Below, one piece after another: positions 17,325 to 25,809 of a stretch of 64,000 nt of DNA. The notes below the pieces were generated by a model, which was not told the origin of the DNA, ran no database searches, and was given only the letters and a program-made list of their open reading frames with translations. This stretch comes from an uncultured Anaerolineales bacterium (lineage in GTDB: Bacteria; Chloroflexota; Anaerolineae; B4-G1), in assembly GCA_964551295.1 (NCBI GenBank), contig CAZKDJ010000003.1, positions 510 through 64,509 on the forward strand, read 5' to 3'. The position numbers and the translations under genes were made by a program. Positions within the stretch are counted from its first letter, which is position 1, and each line of letters begins with the position of its first letter.

Positions 17325-19976
17325 ATGCCCAAAGTGACTCCCGTGCGAAAACAGTATCTGCAGATCAAGGCCCAGCACCGGGATGCGATCGTCTTTTTCC
17401 GGCTGGGTGACTTTTACGAGACTTTTGACGAGGACGCCGAGATCGCCGCGCGCGAGCTGGACCTTGTCCTGACCTCGCGCCCGGTGGCCAAGAACCAGCG
17501 CGTGCCGATGGCGGGCGTGCCCCACCACGCCGTCGAGGGCTACGTCGCCCGCCTGATCGAGAAGGGCTACCGCGTGGCCATCGCTGAACAGGTGGGCGAG
17601 GTCACCGGCAAGGGGCTGGTGGCCCGCGAGGTGACGCGCGTGGTGACGCCCGGCACTGTCATCGAGCCGGCGCTGCTGGACGAGAAGCGGCCCAACTACC
17701 TGGCGGCGGTCGTGGTCGAAGAAGGGCGCGCCGGCCTGGCCTACACCGACATCACCACCGGCGAGTTCGCCACGGCCCAATTGGACGCAGACGCGGTGGC
17801 GCAGGAATTGGCGCGCCTACAGCCTCGTGAGTGTCTGATCCCCAAGGGGCAGGAAGCAGGGGGCAAGAAGCAAGAAACAGGTCGAGAATCTCCAATCTCC
17901 AATCTCCAATCCCTGGGCGCACACATCACGCCGCTTCAATCCTACCGCTTCGAACTCGGCGCTGCTCGCCAGGTACTCCTGGATCACTTTGAAGTGGCCA
18001 CGCTTGATGGCTTTGGCTGCGCGGGCAAGCCGCTGGCCATCCGGGCCGCCGGTGCCGTGCTCCACTACCTGCGCGAGACGCAGAAGGGGGCGCTGGCGCA
18101 GGTGGTCAGCCTCAGCACCTACACCACCGAGCGCTTTATGGTCCTCGACGCGGCCACGCGTCGCAATCTCGAGCTGGTCGAAACGATCCGTGAGCGCGCG
18201 AACGCAGGGCGTTCGAAGACTCGCGGTTCGCTCCTGGGCGTACTCGACCTGACGCTAACGCCGATGGGCGGGCGGTTGCTGCGGTCACGCCTGGCTCAGC
18301 CCTTGCTCGACCGGGGGGCGCTGGAGGCGCGCCTGGACGAGGTGCAGGCGTTCTACGACGACACCATCCTCCGTGGCCGCGTGCGCGAGATTCTCAAGGG
18401 GCTGCCCGATCTGGAGCGGCTGACCAATCGCGCTGTGGCAGGTATTGCGACGCCGCGTGACCTGGTGGGCATCAGGCGGGCACTGGAGGCTGCGCCGGAG
18501 TTGATAGAGGTGTTGAGACAAGGGGACAAGGAGACGAAGAGAGAAGGGGATGAAGCGACAATCATCCAATCTCCAATCTCCAATCTCCAATCCCTCGACC
18601 CCTGCGAGGACGTCGCTTCACTTATCGCCTCCGCCATCGCCGACGAACCCTCGGCCAGCGTCTCTGCCGGGGACGTCATCCGGAGCGGTTTCTCCGATGA
18701 GCTCGATGCCATTCTCACGGCGGCGCGGGACGCCAAGGCGTACATCGCCAACCTGGAGAAGGAGGAGCGCGAGCACACCGGTATCAAGAGCCTCAAGGTG
18801 GGTTACAATAAGGTGTTTGGCTATTACATCGAGGTCACCAAGGCGAACGTCGCTGCCGTGCCCGAATCGTACATCCGCAAGCAGACGCTGGTCAACGCCG
18901 AGCGCTACATCACGCCGGAGCTGAAGGAGTACGAGGCGCTGATCCTCAACGCCGAGGAGCGGCAGGTCGAGGTCGAGACGCGGCTGTTCAAGGAGATTTG
19001 CGGGCGGGTGGCGGCGCGGGGTGGTGCGCTGCTCAAGACCGCGCGGGCGCTGGCAAGGCTGGACGTGGCGTCGGCGCTGGCCGAGGTGGCCATCCGCAAC
19101 CGCTACGTGCGGCCCGAGCTGGCTGAAGACGACGTGCTGGAGATCGTCGATGGGCGGCACCCCGTCGTCGAAAAGGCGCTGTGCGACGAACCCTTCACCC
19201 CCAACGACCTGCACCTCAACGGCGACGAGCGCATCCTGGTCATCACCGGTCCGAACATGGCCGGCAAGTCGGTCTACCTGCGGCAGAACGCCTTGATCGT
19301 GCTGATGGCGCAGATGGGCAGCTTTGTGCCTGCCGACAGCGCGCGCATTGGCATTGTCGACCGTATCTTTACCCGCATCGGCGCGCAGGACGAGGTTGCC
19401 GCGGGCCAGTCGACGTTCATGGTCGAGATGGTCGAGGCGGCCAACATCCTCAACCACGCCACGCCGCGCAGCCTGCTCATCCTCGACGAGATCGGACGCG
19501 GCACCAGCACCTACGATGGGCTATCCATTGCCTGGGCCATGGTCGAGTACCTGCACAATCATCCCCAGCGGCGGTCGCGCACGCTGTTTGCCACCCACTA
19601 CCACGAACTGACCGAGCTGGCCGACCGACTGCCAACGGTGCGTAATTACAGCCTGGGGGTAATTGAGGAGGGAGATCACGTCGTCTTCTTGCACAAGGTC
19701 GAGCCCGGTGGGGCCGACCGCTCCTACGGCATCCACGTGGCGCAGATGGCGGGCGTGCCCAAGCCCGTCATCCACCGGGCGGAGGAGATGCTGGAGCAGT
19801 TGGAGAGCGGCGCGTTCCGCCCCGGCACCCCTGCACCGGAGCCGCGCCAGCCGGCGCTTTTCGCCACCGAGCACCCGGCGGTGGAGGAATTGTGCGCGTT
19901 GGACGTCTCGCAGATGACGCCGCTGGATGCGATCAACACGCTGTACGAGTTGCAGCGCAAGGCGCGGGAGGAATGA
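17325..19976 (+). CDS. mutS: DNA mismatch repair protein MutS
   Basis: 883 aa. Mismatch-binding N-terminus (FFRLGDFYETF), ABC ATPase with Walker A GPNMAGKS, and a C-terminal HTH. Contains two inserted SPISNLQSL peptides encoded by heptamer repeats. Confidence 0.95.
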   Translation: MPKVTPVRKQYLQIKAQHRDAIVFFRLGDFYETFDEDAEIAARELDLVLTSRPVAKNQRVPMAGVPHHAVEGYVARLIEKGYRVAIAEQVGEVTGKGLVAREVTRVVTPGTVIEPALLDEKRPNYLAAVVVEEGRAGLAYTDITTGEFATAQLDADAVAQELARLQPRECLIPKGQEAGGKKQETGRESPISNLQSLGAHITPLQSYRFELGAARQVLLDHFEVATLDGFGCAGKPLAIRAAGAVLHYLRETQKGALAQVVSLSTYTTERFMVLDAATRRNLELVETIRERANAGRSKTRGSLLGVLDLTLTPMGGRLLRSRLAQPLLDRGALEARLDEVQAFYDDTILRGRVREILKGLPDLERLTNRAVAGIATPRDLVGIRRALEAAPELIEVLRQGDKETKREGDEATIIQSPISNLQSLDPCEDVASLIASAIADEPSASVSAGDVIRSGFSDELDAILTAARDAKAYIANLEKEEREHTGIKSLKVGYNKVFGYYIEVTKANVAAVPESYIRKQTLVNAERYITPELKEYEALILNAEERQVEVETRLFKEICGRVAARGGALLKTARALARLDVASALAEVAIRNRYVRPELAEDDVLEIVDGRHPVVEKALCDEPFTPNDLHLNGDERILVITGPNMAGKSVYLRQNALIVLMAQMGSFVPADSARIGIVDRIFTRIGAQDEVAAGQSTFMVEMVEAANILNHATPRSLLILDEIGRGTSTYDGLSIAWAMVEYLHNHPQRRSRTLFATHYHELTELADRLPTVRNYSLGVIEEGDHVVFLHKVEPGGADRSYGIHVAQMAGVPKPVIHRAEEMLEQLESGAFRPGTPAPEPRQPALFATEHPAVEELCALDVSQMTPLDAINTLYELQRKAREE
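17887..17914 (+). repeat. in-frame heptanucleotide tandem repeat (aatctcc)3 + aatccct inside mutS, copy 1
   Basis: Read directly; encodes SPISNLQSL. Confidence 0.9.
18568..18595 (+). repeat. identical 28-bp heptamer-repeat tract inside mutS, copy 2 (681 bp downstream of copy 1, same phase)
   Basis: Read directly; the two 28-bp tracts are identical. Confidence 0.9.
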
Positions 19977-19986
19977 ATTGCTCCAA

Positions 19987-20045
19987 GGGGACGACAGTCC
20001 CCGTCTTGGCGATTTGAGTCGTGGCTGATGCGGACTATCGTCCGC
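19987..20045. repeat. REP-like hairpin doublet, upstream copy (GGGGACgacaGTCCCC ... GCGGACtatcGTCCGC)
   Basis: Two GC-rich palindromes about 27 nt apart; the same arrangement recurs downstream of the RAYT gene. Confidence 0.7.
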
Positions 20046-20121
20046 TTGGAGCGTTCGGTGGAAAGGGGGAGTAACGCTGACCAACTGGCGTCCAGACTTT
20101 GATCCGTCCCATCTGTACTTT

Positions 20122-20634
20122 GTGACGACCACCGCTGTCGACCACGCCCACATCTTTCGGCGGGACGTAGTCAAGCGCATCCTCGTCGACGGTCTGTATC
20201 ACCTGCACGTTGTGGACGGCATAGATCTGTATGCCTTCGTCGTTATGCCCAACCACGTTCACTTCATCGTTCGCTGCCGGGAGGATGATCCGCTGAAGGA
20301 CGTGATCCGGGATTTCAAGGCCAACACGGCGCGCCTCGTTGTGCGCCAGTATCAAGTTGAGGGCAACGAACAGGCGCTCGATTTTCTGGCCGCTGCCGTG
20401 AAGCGCCCGCAGAAGCAGCACTTCAAAGTGTGGGAGGATGGGTATCTTGCCAAGGATGTGTTCTCGCTAGACTTTTTGCGGCAAAAGATGGCGTACATCC
20501 ACAACAACCCAATTCAGCCGCAGTGGCAGTTGGTTGACCAAGCAGAGGAGTACGTCTGGTCGAGCACACGATTCTACTTGTTGGAAGAGCCGGCGCTGAT
20601 CCCGTTGAGTGATGCGCGGGAGCTGTTAGCATGA
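20122..20634 (+). mobile_element. REP-associated tyrosine transposase (RAYT; IS200/IS605-like TnpA_REP)
   Basis: HuH motif PNHVHFIV and a conserved Tyr region. The frame is open back to 20029 with no ATG, so the true N-terminus (LTNWRPDFDPSHLYFVTT) probably starts at a non-ATG codon around 20077. Confidence 0.8.
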
Positions 20635-20642
20635 GTGCTCTC

Positions 20643-20685
20643 GATGGACGACAGTCCATCGAAGCTGGCGCGGACTGTCGTCCGC
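20643..20685. repeat. REP-like hairpin doublet, downstream copy (GATGGACgacaGTCCATC ... GCGGACtgtcGTCCGC)
   Basis: Direct copy of the upstream doublet, including the trailing TT(G/C)GAGCG. Confidence 0.7.
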
Positions 20686-20699
20686 TTCGAGCGTGAATA

Positions 20700-20918
20700 C
20701 TATATCGCCTTCGCCGCCACCTTGGCGGCCCACAGGAAGAGCAGGCCCACGGGCAGAATCAGCAGCCCGATCCCCAGCACGGGGATCAGGGCCACGCCCA
20801 GCAGCGAGAGCACCACGCCCACCAGCCCTAGCGCGATTGCCAGCACGACGATCACCAACACGAACGGCAGTTTGATCAGCCAACCCAACGCTTCACACAT
20901 TTCGGGAGCTCCTTTCAA
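20700..20918 (-). CDS. small hypothetical 2-TM membrane protein
   Basis: 72-aa ORF, highly hydrophobic; no homology recognised. Confidence 0.3.
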   Translation of the reverse strand: MKGAPEMCEALGWLIKLPFVLVIVVLAIALGLVGVVLSLLGVALIPVLGIGLLILPVGLLFLWAAKVAAKAI

Positions 20919-20974
20919 TTGATCTCGCCTTCAATACGCTGGAGCCCTACCTTGGGTTGCACCCAACAATATTC

Positions 20975-21003
20975 TTGCCAAGCGTGCCGCGGGATGGTAT
21001 AAT
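20975..21003 (+). promoter_or_regulatory. sigma70 promoter TTGCCA-17-TATAAT driving tRNA-Ser
   Basis: Read directly; the -10 ends 11 nt before the tRNA 5' end. Confidence 0.7.
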
Positions 21004-21014
21004 CCGCGACGCTC

Positions 21015-21104
<90 letters not shown>

Positions 21105-21161
21105 GATTGGGGGAAAAATGACGCTAAAACGCTCATTTTTCCCCTTTCTCTCGCAAACCCT

Positions 21162-21190
21162 TTGCACTTTTTGCTCTCACCTAGTATAAT
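21162..21190 (+). promoter_or_regulatory. sigma70 promoter TTGCAC-17-TATAAT for the DUF1232 gene
   Basis: Read directly. Confidence 0.55.
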
Positions 21191-21231
21191 GCCGCCCAAG
21201 CTCGATTTTCTACCGGGAGAATCGCTTGACA

Positions 21232-21624
21232 ATGGGTATCCTTGAGAGATGGAAACAACGCGTGAAGCAACTCAAGACAGAGACCTATGCCATCTATCTG
21301 GCCTATAAGGACCCCCGGGTCCCCTGGTACGCCAAGCTACTTATCGCCTTCGTCGTCGCCCACACCTTCAGCCCTATCGACCTGATCCCCGATTTCATCC
21401 CTGTCCTCGGATACCTGGACGACCTGGTCGTGACGCCGCTGGGCATCGCGCTGGCCATCAGAATGATCCCCCCGGTCGTCCTGGCCGAGTGCCGGGAAAG
21501 ATCTCAGGCAGCTATGGGACAGGACAAGCCGACAAGCCGTCTAGCTGCCGTCGTCGTCATCGCCATCTGGCTCCTCACCGCAGCCATGGTGATCGTCGTT
21601 GTGTGGCGGATTATCAGGGATTGA
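21232..21624 (+). CDS. DUF1232 (YkvA-like) membrane protein
   Basis: Family signature YKDPRVPWYAKLLIAFVVAHTFSPIDLIPDFIPVLGYLDD. A TTG at 21226 is a possible alternative start. Confidence 0.7.
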   Translation: MGILERWKQRVKQLKTETYAIYLAYKDPRVPWYAKLLIAFVVAHTFSPIDLIPDFIPVLGYLDDLVVTPLGIALAIRMIPPVVLAECRERSQAAMGQDKPTSRLAAVVVIAIWLLTAAMVIVVVWRIIRD

Positions 21625-21641
21625 GCCTTATCTTTTCCGGC

Positions 21642-22613
21642 CTACCGAATCCGCAGCGGCGCGACGACGCCATCCTCGAACCCGCAGGCGCGGTAAAAGT
21701 CGCGGGCGGATGGGTCGCCACGGGAGGTATCGACCAAGAGGTGGGTCGCGCCGCGCCGGTCGGCGCGGCGCACCGCCGCCTCCACCAGCGCCGCGCCGAT
21801 GCCCTGCCGACGGTAGGTCGGGTCCACCGCCAGGTCGCCGATTAGCGCCCGCAGGCCGGAGAGGGCGGGGACGAAGGAGAGGGCCAGGAAGCCCACCACT
21901 TTTTCCTCGACCTCCGCGACCAGCACCTCCAGCCCCAATCTCTCCCGCATGCGCTGGGCTGCGGCCTGTAGCCCCTCCGGGTTCGTGCCGGCGTTGGCGG
22001 GGATCAAGGGCAAGAGCGCCAGCACACGCGCCTCATCCTCCGGGAGAGCATCGCGGATGAGGATGCCGGGCGGTTGGCTTTGCGGCGATTGGCTCTGCAC
22101 CCAGCGGGCCAGCACCTCGCGATGAGTGCGGAAGGCCACGTCCTGCGGCAATCGGTCGGGGGAAAAGATCGCCACGTCCTGGGCGTCGTCACCGGCGTGC
22201 AAGCTTCCGCCCACGGGCCGGGCGCGGTAAAAGATGATGATGCCGCTTTGCACGGGGCCTTCGGGGAAGGAATAGACGCCGAACAGTTCCTCCAGCTTGA
22301 TATCGAGGCCGGTCTCCTCCTGGCACTCGCGCACCGCGGCCTGCTCGACGCTCTCGTCCTCCTCGATGAATCCGGCGGGGAGCGCCCATCGGCCCACAAA
22401 GGGCGGCTGTCCGCGTTGGATCAGCACCAGCCCGCCCTCCATTTCTACCAGCGCGCCGACGCCGGGCACGGGGTTGCGGAACAGGACAAAGTTGCAGGCG
22501 GGGCACACCTCGCGCGGCCGCCCGCCGATCTCGGCTTTTTCCATCGCCGTTCCGCAGCGGGGGCAAAAGGTCGGTTGGACTCGGAGAGTCCACTGGTGCT
22601 CGTCCATGCTCAC
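21642..22613 (-). CDS. three-domain fusion: zinc ribbon, NUDIX hydrolase and GNAT N-acetyltransferase
   Basis: CPRCG...CPAC zinc ribbon; NUDIX box (GGFIEEDESVEQAAVRECQEETG); C-terminal GNAT (RRQGIGAALVEAA). Confidence 0.75.
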   Translation of the reverse strand: MSMDEHQWTLRVQPTFCPRCGTAMEKAEIGGRPREVCPACNFVLFRNPVPGVGALVEMEGGLVLIQRGQPPFVGRWALPAGFIEEDESVEQAAVRECQEETGLDIKLEELFGVYSFPEGPVQSGIIIFYRARPVGGSLHAGDDAQDVAIFSPDRLPQDVAFRTHREVLARWVQSQSPQSQPPGILIRDALPEDEARVLALLPLIPANAGTNPEGLQAAAQRMRERLGLEVLVAEVEEKVVGFLALSFVPALSGLRALIGDLAVDPTYRRQGIGAALVEAAVRRADRRGATHLLVDTSRGDPSARDFYRACGFEDGVVAPLRIR

Positions 22614-24118
22614 CCGGGCAGCAATTCGGCTCTCAACTCTGGCGCGTAGGTCTCGATGATTTGGGGAGTGATGGCGTTAGTCTGGATGATGTCGGCGTAG
22701 AGCTGGGCGCTCTGGCGCGGCTTGCGAGATTTGTTCTTCAGGCTCAGGGAAAACAGCCCAAAGCGCAGCGACCAGCCTTCGGCCCACTCAAAGTTGTCCA
22801 CCAGCGTCCAGTGATAGTAGCCCTTCACCGGATAGCACATCTGTATCGCGTGCCACATCTCGTGCAGGTGGGTCAGAAGATAGCGTGGCCGCTGGTCGTC
22901 GTCATCGTCCGGGATGCCATTTTCTGTGACGTAGATGGGCAGGCCCAGGCGGTCGAGGCGCTTGATGCAGCGGAATAAGCCGTGGGGATAGAACTCGCCA
23001 TAGTCGCCGTCGAGCATCTCGGCATCGGGGGCGTGCAGGCGGCGGGTGTAGAGGGACTCGCGCTGCGTGCGGTCGAAGGCGACCAGCTCGCGGGTGTAGT
23101 AGTTGAGGCCGATCCAGTCAAGGGTGCCGCGCAGCCTCCAAGCCGGGCCAAAGCCCAGGGGCAACACCCAGCGGCCCTTGTCCAGCGCGGTGAGAATGGC
23201 CTGGTTGAAGGCCCTGTCCGCCACACTTGCGGCGCGCCGGTCGAGTTGCGAGTTGGGGGTGGCCGGGTCGAGGATGCGCATATTGTGGGCCAGACCAACA
23301 CGAGCGCTAGGCTGAACGTCGTGGATCTCCCGGTAGGCGTCGGCGTGCGCCAGGAGCATGTGGCGCATGACGAGAAAAGCTGTCTTTTGGTCCGATTTGC
23401 CGGGTGGCCAGACGCCATCGACGTAACCCAGGTAGCCATAGACGTTGGGTTCGTTGATCGTGCACCACAGGTCGCAGTACTCGCCCAGCGCCTCGACAAC
23501 GCGCCGGGCAAAGCGGGCAAAGCGGTCGACTGTCTCCGGGTTTTCCCATCCGCCCTCGTCGACCAGCCAGAGCGGGTTGGTAAAGTGGTGCAGCGTGACC
23601 ATCGGCTCGATGGCGCGCGCGCGCAGGCCCTGGAGCATCTCGGCGTACCGCGCCAGGGCGGCCTCGTCGAACTCGCCGGGACGGGGCTCGATGCGCGACC
23701 ACTCGACGGAGAGGCGCATGGCGTTGAGGTCCAGCTTGGCGGCGCGGTCGAAATCGGCCTCGGCGTTTCCCCACCAGTTGCACGCCTTCTTGGATTGGTG
23801 ACTGTCTTGGATATGGCCCTCCTCCTGCTCCCAGGCCCACCAGTCGTTGTTGGTATTGTCGCCCTCGACCTGATGAGCGGCGGTGGCGACCCCCCACTTG
23901 AAATCGTCTGGAAAGTGGAACGTGGCTTCGGGCTGAGAAGGGCTAGCCGGTGCAGTAGCCGGGACAGCGGGAGGAATAGATTCAGGTGCGACTTGTGTGG
24001 ACTCGGGTTCTTTATCTGCTGGCTTGGGAGATGGTTCCTCCTCGATCCAGCTCATGTCCATATCCGCGAACGGATCGTGACCTATTTTTTTGCCGGACGA
24101 ACGTCGTTTCTTAGCCAT
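22610..24118 (-). CDS. GH1 beta-glucosidase with an approximately 90-aa Pro/Ala-rich N-terminal extension
   Basis: TAAHQVEGD N-terminus, the acid/base NEP and the nucleophile ITENG (VTENGIPD). Confidence 0.85.
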   Translation of the reverse strand: MAKKRRSSGKKIGHDPFADMDMSWIEEEPSPKPADKEPESTQVAPESIPPAVPATAPASPSQPEATFHFPDDFKWGVATAAHQVEGDNTNNDWWAWEQEEGHIQDSHQSKKACNWWGNAEADFDRAAKLDLNAMRLSVEWSRIEPRPGEFDEAALARYAEMLQGLRARAIEPMVTLHHFTNPLWLVDEGGWENPETVDRFARFARRVVEALGEYCDLWCTINEPNVYGYLGYVDGVWPPGKSDQKTAFLVMRHMLLAHADAYREIHDVQPSARVGLAHNMRILDPATPNSQLDRRAASVADRAFNQAILTALDKGRWVLPLGFGPAWRLRGTLDWIGLNYYTRELVAFDRTQRESLYTRRLHAPDAEMLDGDYGEFYPHGLFRCIKRLDRLGLPIYVTENGIPDDDDDQRPRYLLTHLHEMWHAIQMCYPVKGYYHWTLVDNFEWAEGWSLRFGLFSLSLKNKSRKPRQSAQLYADIIQTNAITPQIIETYAPELRAELLPG

Positions 24119-24866
24119 CGTGGAGAACCCTTTCTACCAGATGCGCATAGTCGGTTGCCCCGGTGCTGCGGGGGGAGTGCTCGTAGATGCTCATGTGGTG
24201 GCTGGGAGACTCGGATATCTTGACGCTGGAGCGGATTGGATCGGTCACTCGGTCGGCAAAGTATCGCTTCAAGATCTCGACGATCTCCCGATCCTGTTGC
24301 ACTCGATCGGAGTAAAAGGTAGGCACGATCAAGTAGAGCTGGACGCGACTCTCTGACATCTGCCGGAAGGTCTTGAGCGTCTCGACCACCTGTCGCAGCC
24401 CCATCAGTCCCAAGTAGTTGACAGAGACCGGTACAATGAGTTCGCGGATATACAGCAGACCGCTTTCACTCAGCAGGCTGACCGAGGGTGAAAAGTCGAG
24501 CAAGATATAGTCGTACTCGTTGTCGAGACTGCGCATCTTGTTGCCCAGTGTGCGGCGGATGATCCGTTCGTCGCCGATGCGCCACAGCTTGCCCTCAGCG
24601 CGCAGCAGGCTGCGGTCGCTGGCGATGAGGTCGAGGTTTTTGCGGGCCTGAACGACGCAAGCCTGCGGCCTCACCTGGCCCAACAGGAGTTGGGAGAGAG
24701 AGTAGGTATAGTTCACCCCCAGGTGCGTCGCCAGGCTTCCCTGGGCGTCCAGATCGACGCACAGGACGTGCTCACCGTGCAAGGCCAGGCCGGTGGCCAG
24801 GTTCACCACCGTGGTCGTCTTGCCCGTGCCGCCTTTGTAATTCAGGACGCCGATGACCCTGCTCAT
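24111..24866 (-). CDS. ParA/MinD-family P-loop ATPase (orphan; no parB nearby)
   Basis: Deviant Walker A KGGTGKTT. Overlaps the GH1 start by 8 nt. Confidence 0.8.
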   Translation of the reverse strand: MSRVIGVLNYKGGTGKTTTVVNLATGLALHGEHVLCVDLDAQGSLATHLGVNYTYSLSQLLLGQVRPQACVVQARKNLDLIASDRSLLRAEGKLWRIGDERIIRRTLGNKMRSLDNEYDYILLDFSPSVSLLSESGLLYIRELIVPVSVNYLGLMGLRQVVETLKTFRQMSESRVQLYLIVPTFYSDRVQQDREIVEILKRYFADRVTDPIRSSVKISESPSHHMSIYEHSPRSTGATDYAHLVERVLHDG

Positions 24867-24906
24867 CTCACGCTTTCCTGTTCTTGCCGAGTAGGTGTTG
24901 TATGCC

Positions 24907-25584
24907 TCATGGGAAGAGCCGCCGCGCCTTGATCTCTGCCACGGCGTCGTCGCGGAAGCGGTATAGCTTGGCGGGACGGCCTTCGCCGGTACGGTACTCG
25001 CCCGTCTCCTCGATCACGTCGGCGCTGAGGATCTTGCGGCGAAAGTTGCGTTTGTCCAGCCCTTCCCCCAGGATGATCTCGTAGGCGGACTGGATCTCGC
25101 TGAGGGTAAAGGTCTCGGGCAGTAGCTCAAAGCCCACGGCGGTATACTCCAGCTTGTAGCGCAGCCGTTGGAGGGCGTACGAGAGAATGTCGGCGTGATC
25201 GAAGGCGAGTGGGGGTAGGTCGTATACCGACCACCAGCGGGCGTCGGAGGCGTCGTGGCCGGCGTGAGGCTGCACGGCGTCGGTGGGCACCAGGGCAAAG
25301 TAGGCCACGGTGATCACGCGCCCGCGCGGATCGCGACCGACGTCTCCAAAGGTGTAAAGCTGCTCCAGATAGACGTCGCGGACGCCGGTCTCTTCCTCTA
25401 GTTCGCGCATCGCTGCGCCCTCGAGCGATTCGGCTATGCGGACGAAACCGCCGGGGATGGCCCACATGTTCTCGAACGGGGGGTGCCCGCGCTGGATGAG
25501 GAGTACCTGCAGATCGCCGCCATTCAGCGTAAAGATGATTACGTCTACAGTCACAGACGGGCGCGGATAGTCTTCCAACGGCAT
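24907..25584 (-). CDS. NrtR-like regulator: NUDIX domain fused to a C-terminal winged-helix domain
   Basis: NUDIX box GGFVRIAESLEGAAMRELEEETG; the C-terminal segment resembles the NrtR DNA-binding domain. Start chosen at MPLEDY. Confidence 0.6.
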   Translation of the reverse strand: MPLEDYPRPSVTVDVIIFTLNGGDLQVLLIQRGHPPFENMWAIPGGFVRIAESLEGAAMRELEEETGVRDVYLEQLYTFGDVGRDPRGRVITVAYFALVPTDAVQPHAGHDASDARWWSVYDLPPLAFDHADILSYALQRLRYKLEYTAVGFELLPETFTLSEIQSAYEIILGEGLDKRNFRRKILSADVIEETGEYRTGEGRPAKLYRFRDDAVAEIKARRLFP

Positions 25585-25809
25585 AGGGTTTTCTCCAGTT
25601 GGTGTCATTCGCACACAAATTATAGTGGTATTGTGGGATGCTGTCAATGGTGAACTAGGAGTGCATAGGGAAGACTACAAGTTGTCATAAACTGCGTTCA
25701 TCTTCAACGACGAAAATGTAGGGTGGATTGGCAATCCGCCTTACCGCCGCCATTTATTTTGGTAGCAAGCGAGGCCGAGAACCAGGGCCGCAGACATTCG
25801 AGTTGCGCG

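Noticed and set aside
22873-23897. 215-aa and 196-aa ORFs overlapping the GH1 gene
   Set aside because: Alternative-frame translations within a CDS carrying clear GH1 catalytic motifs.
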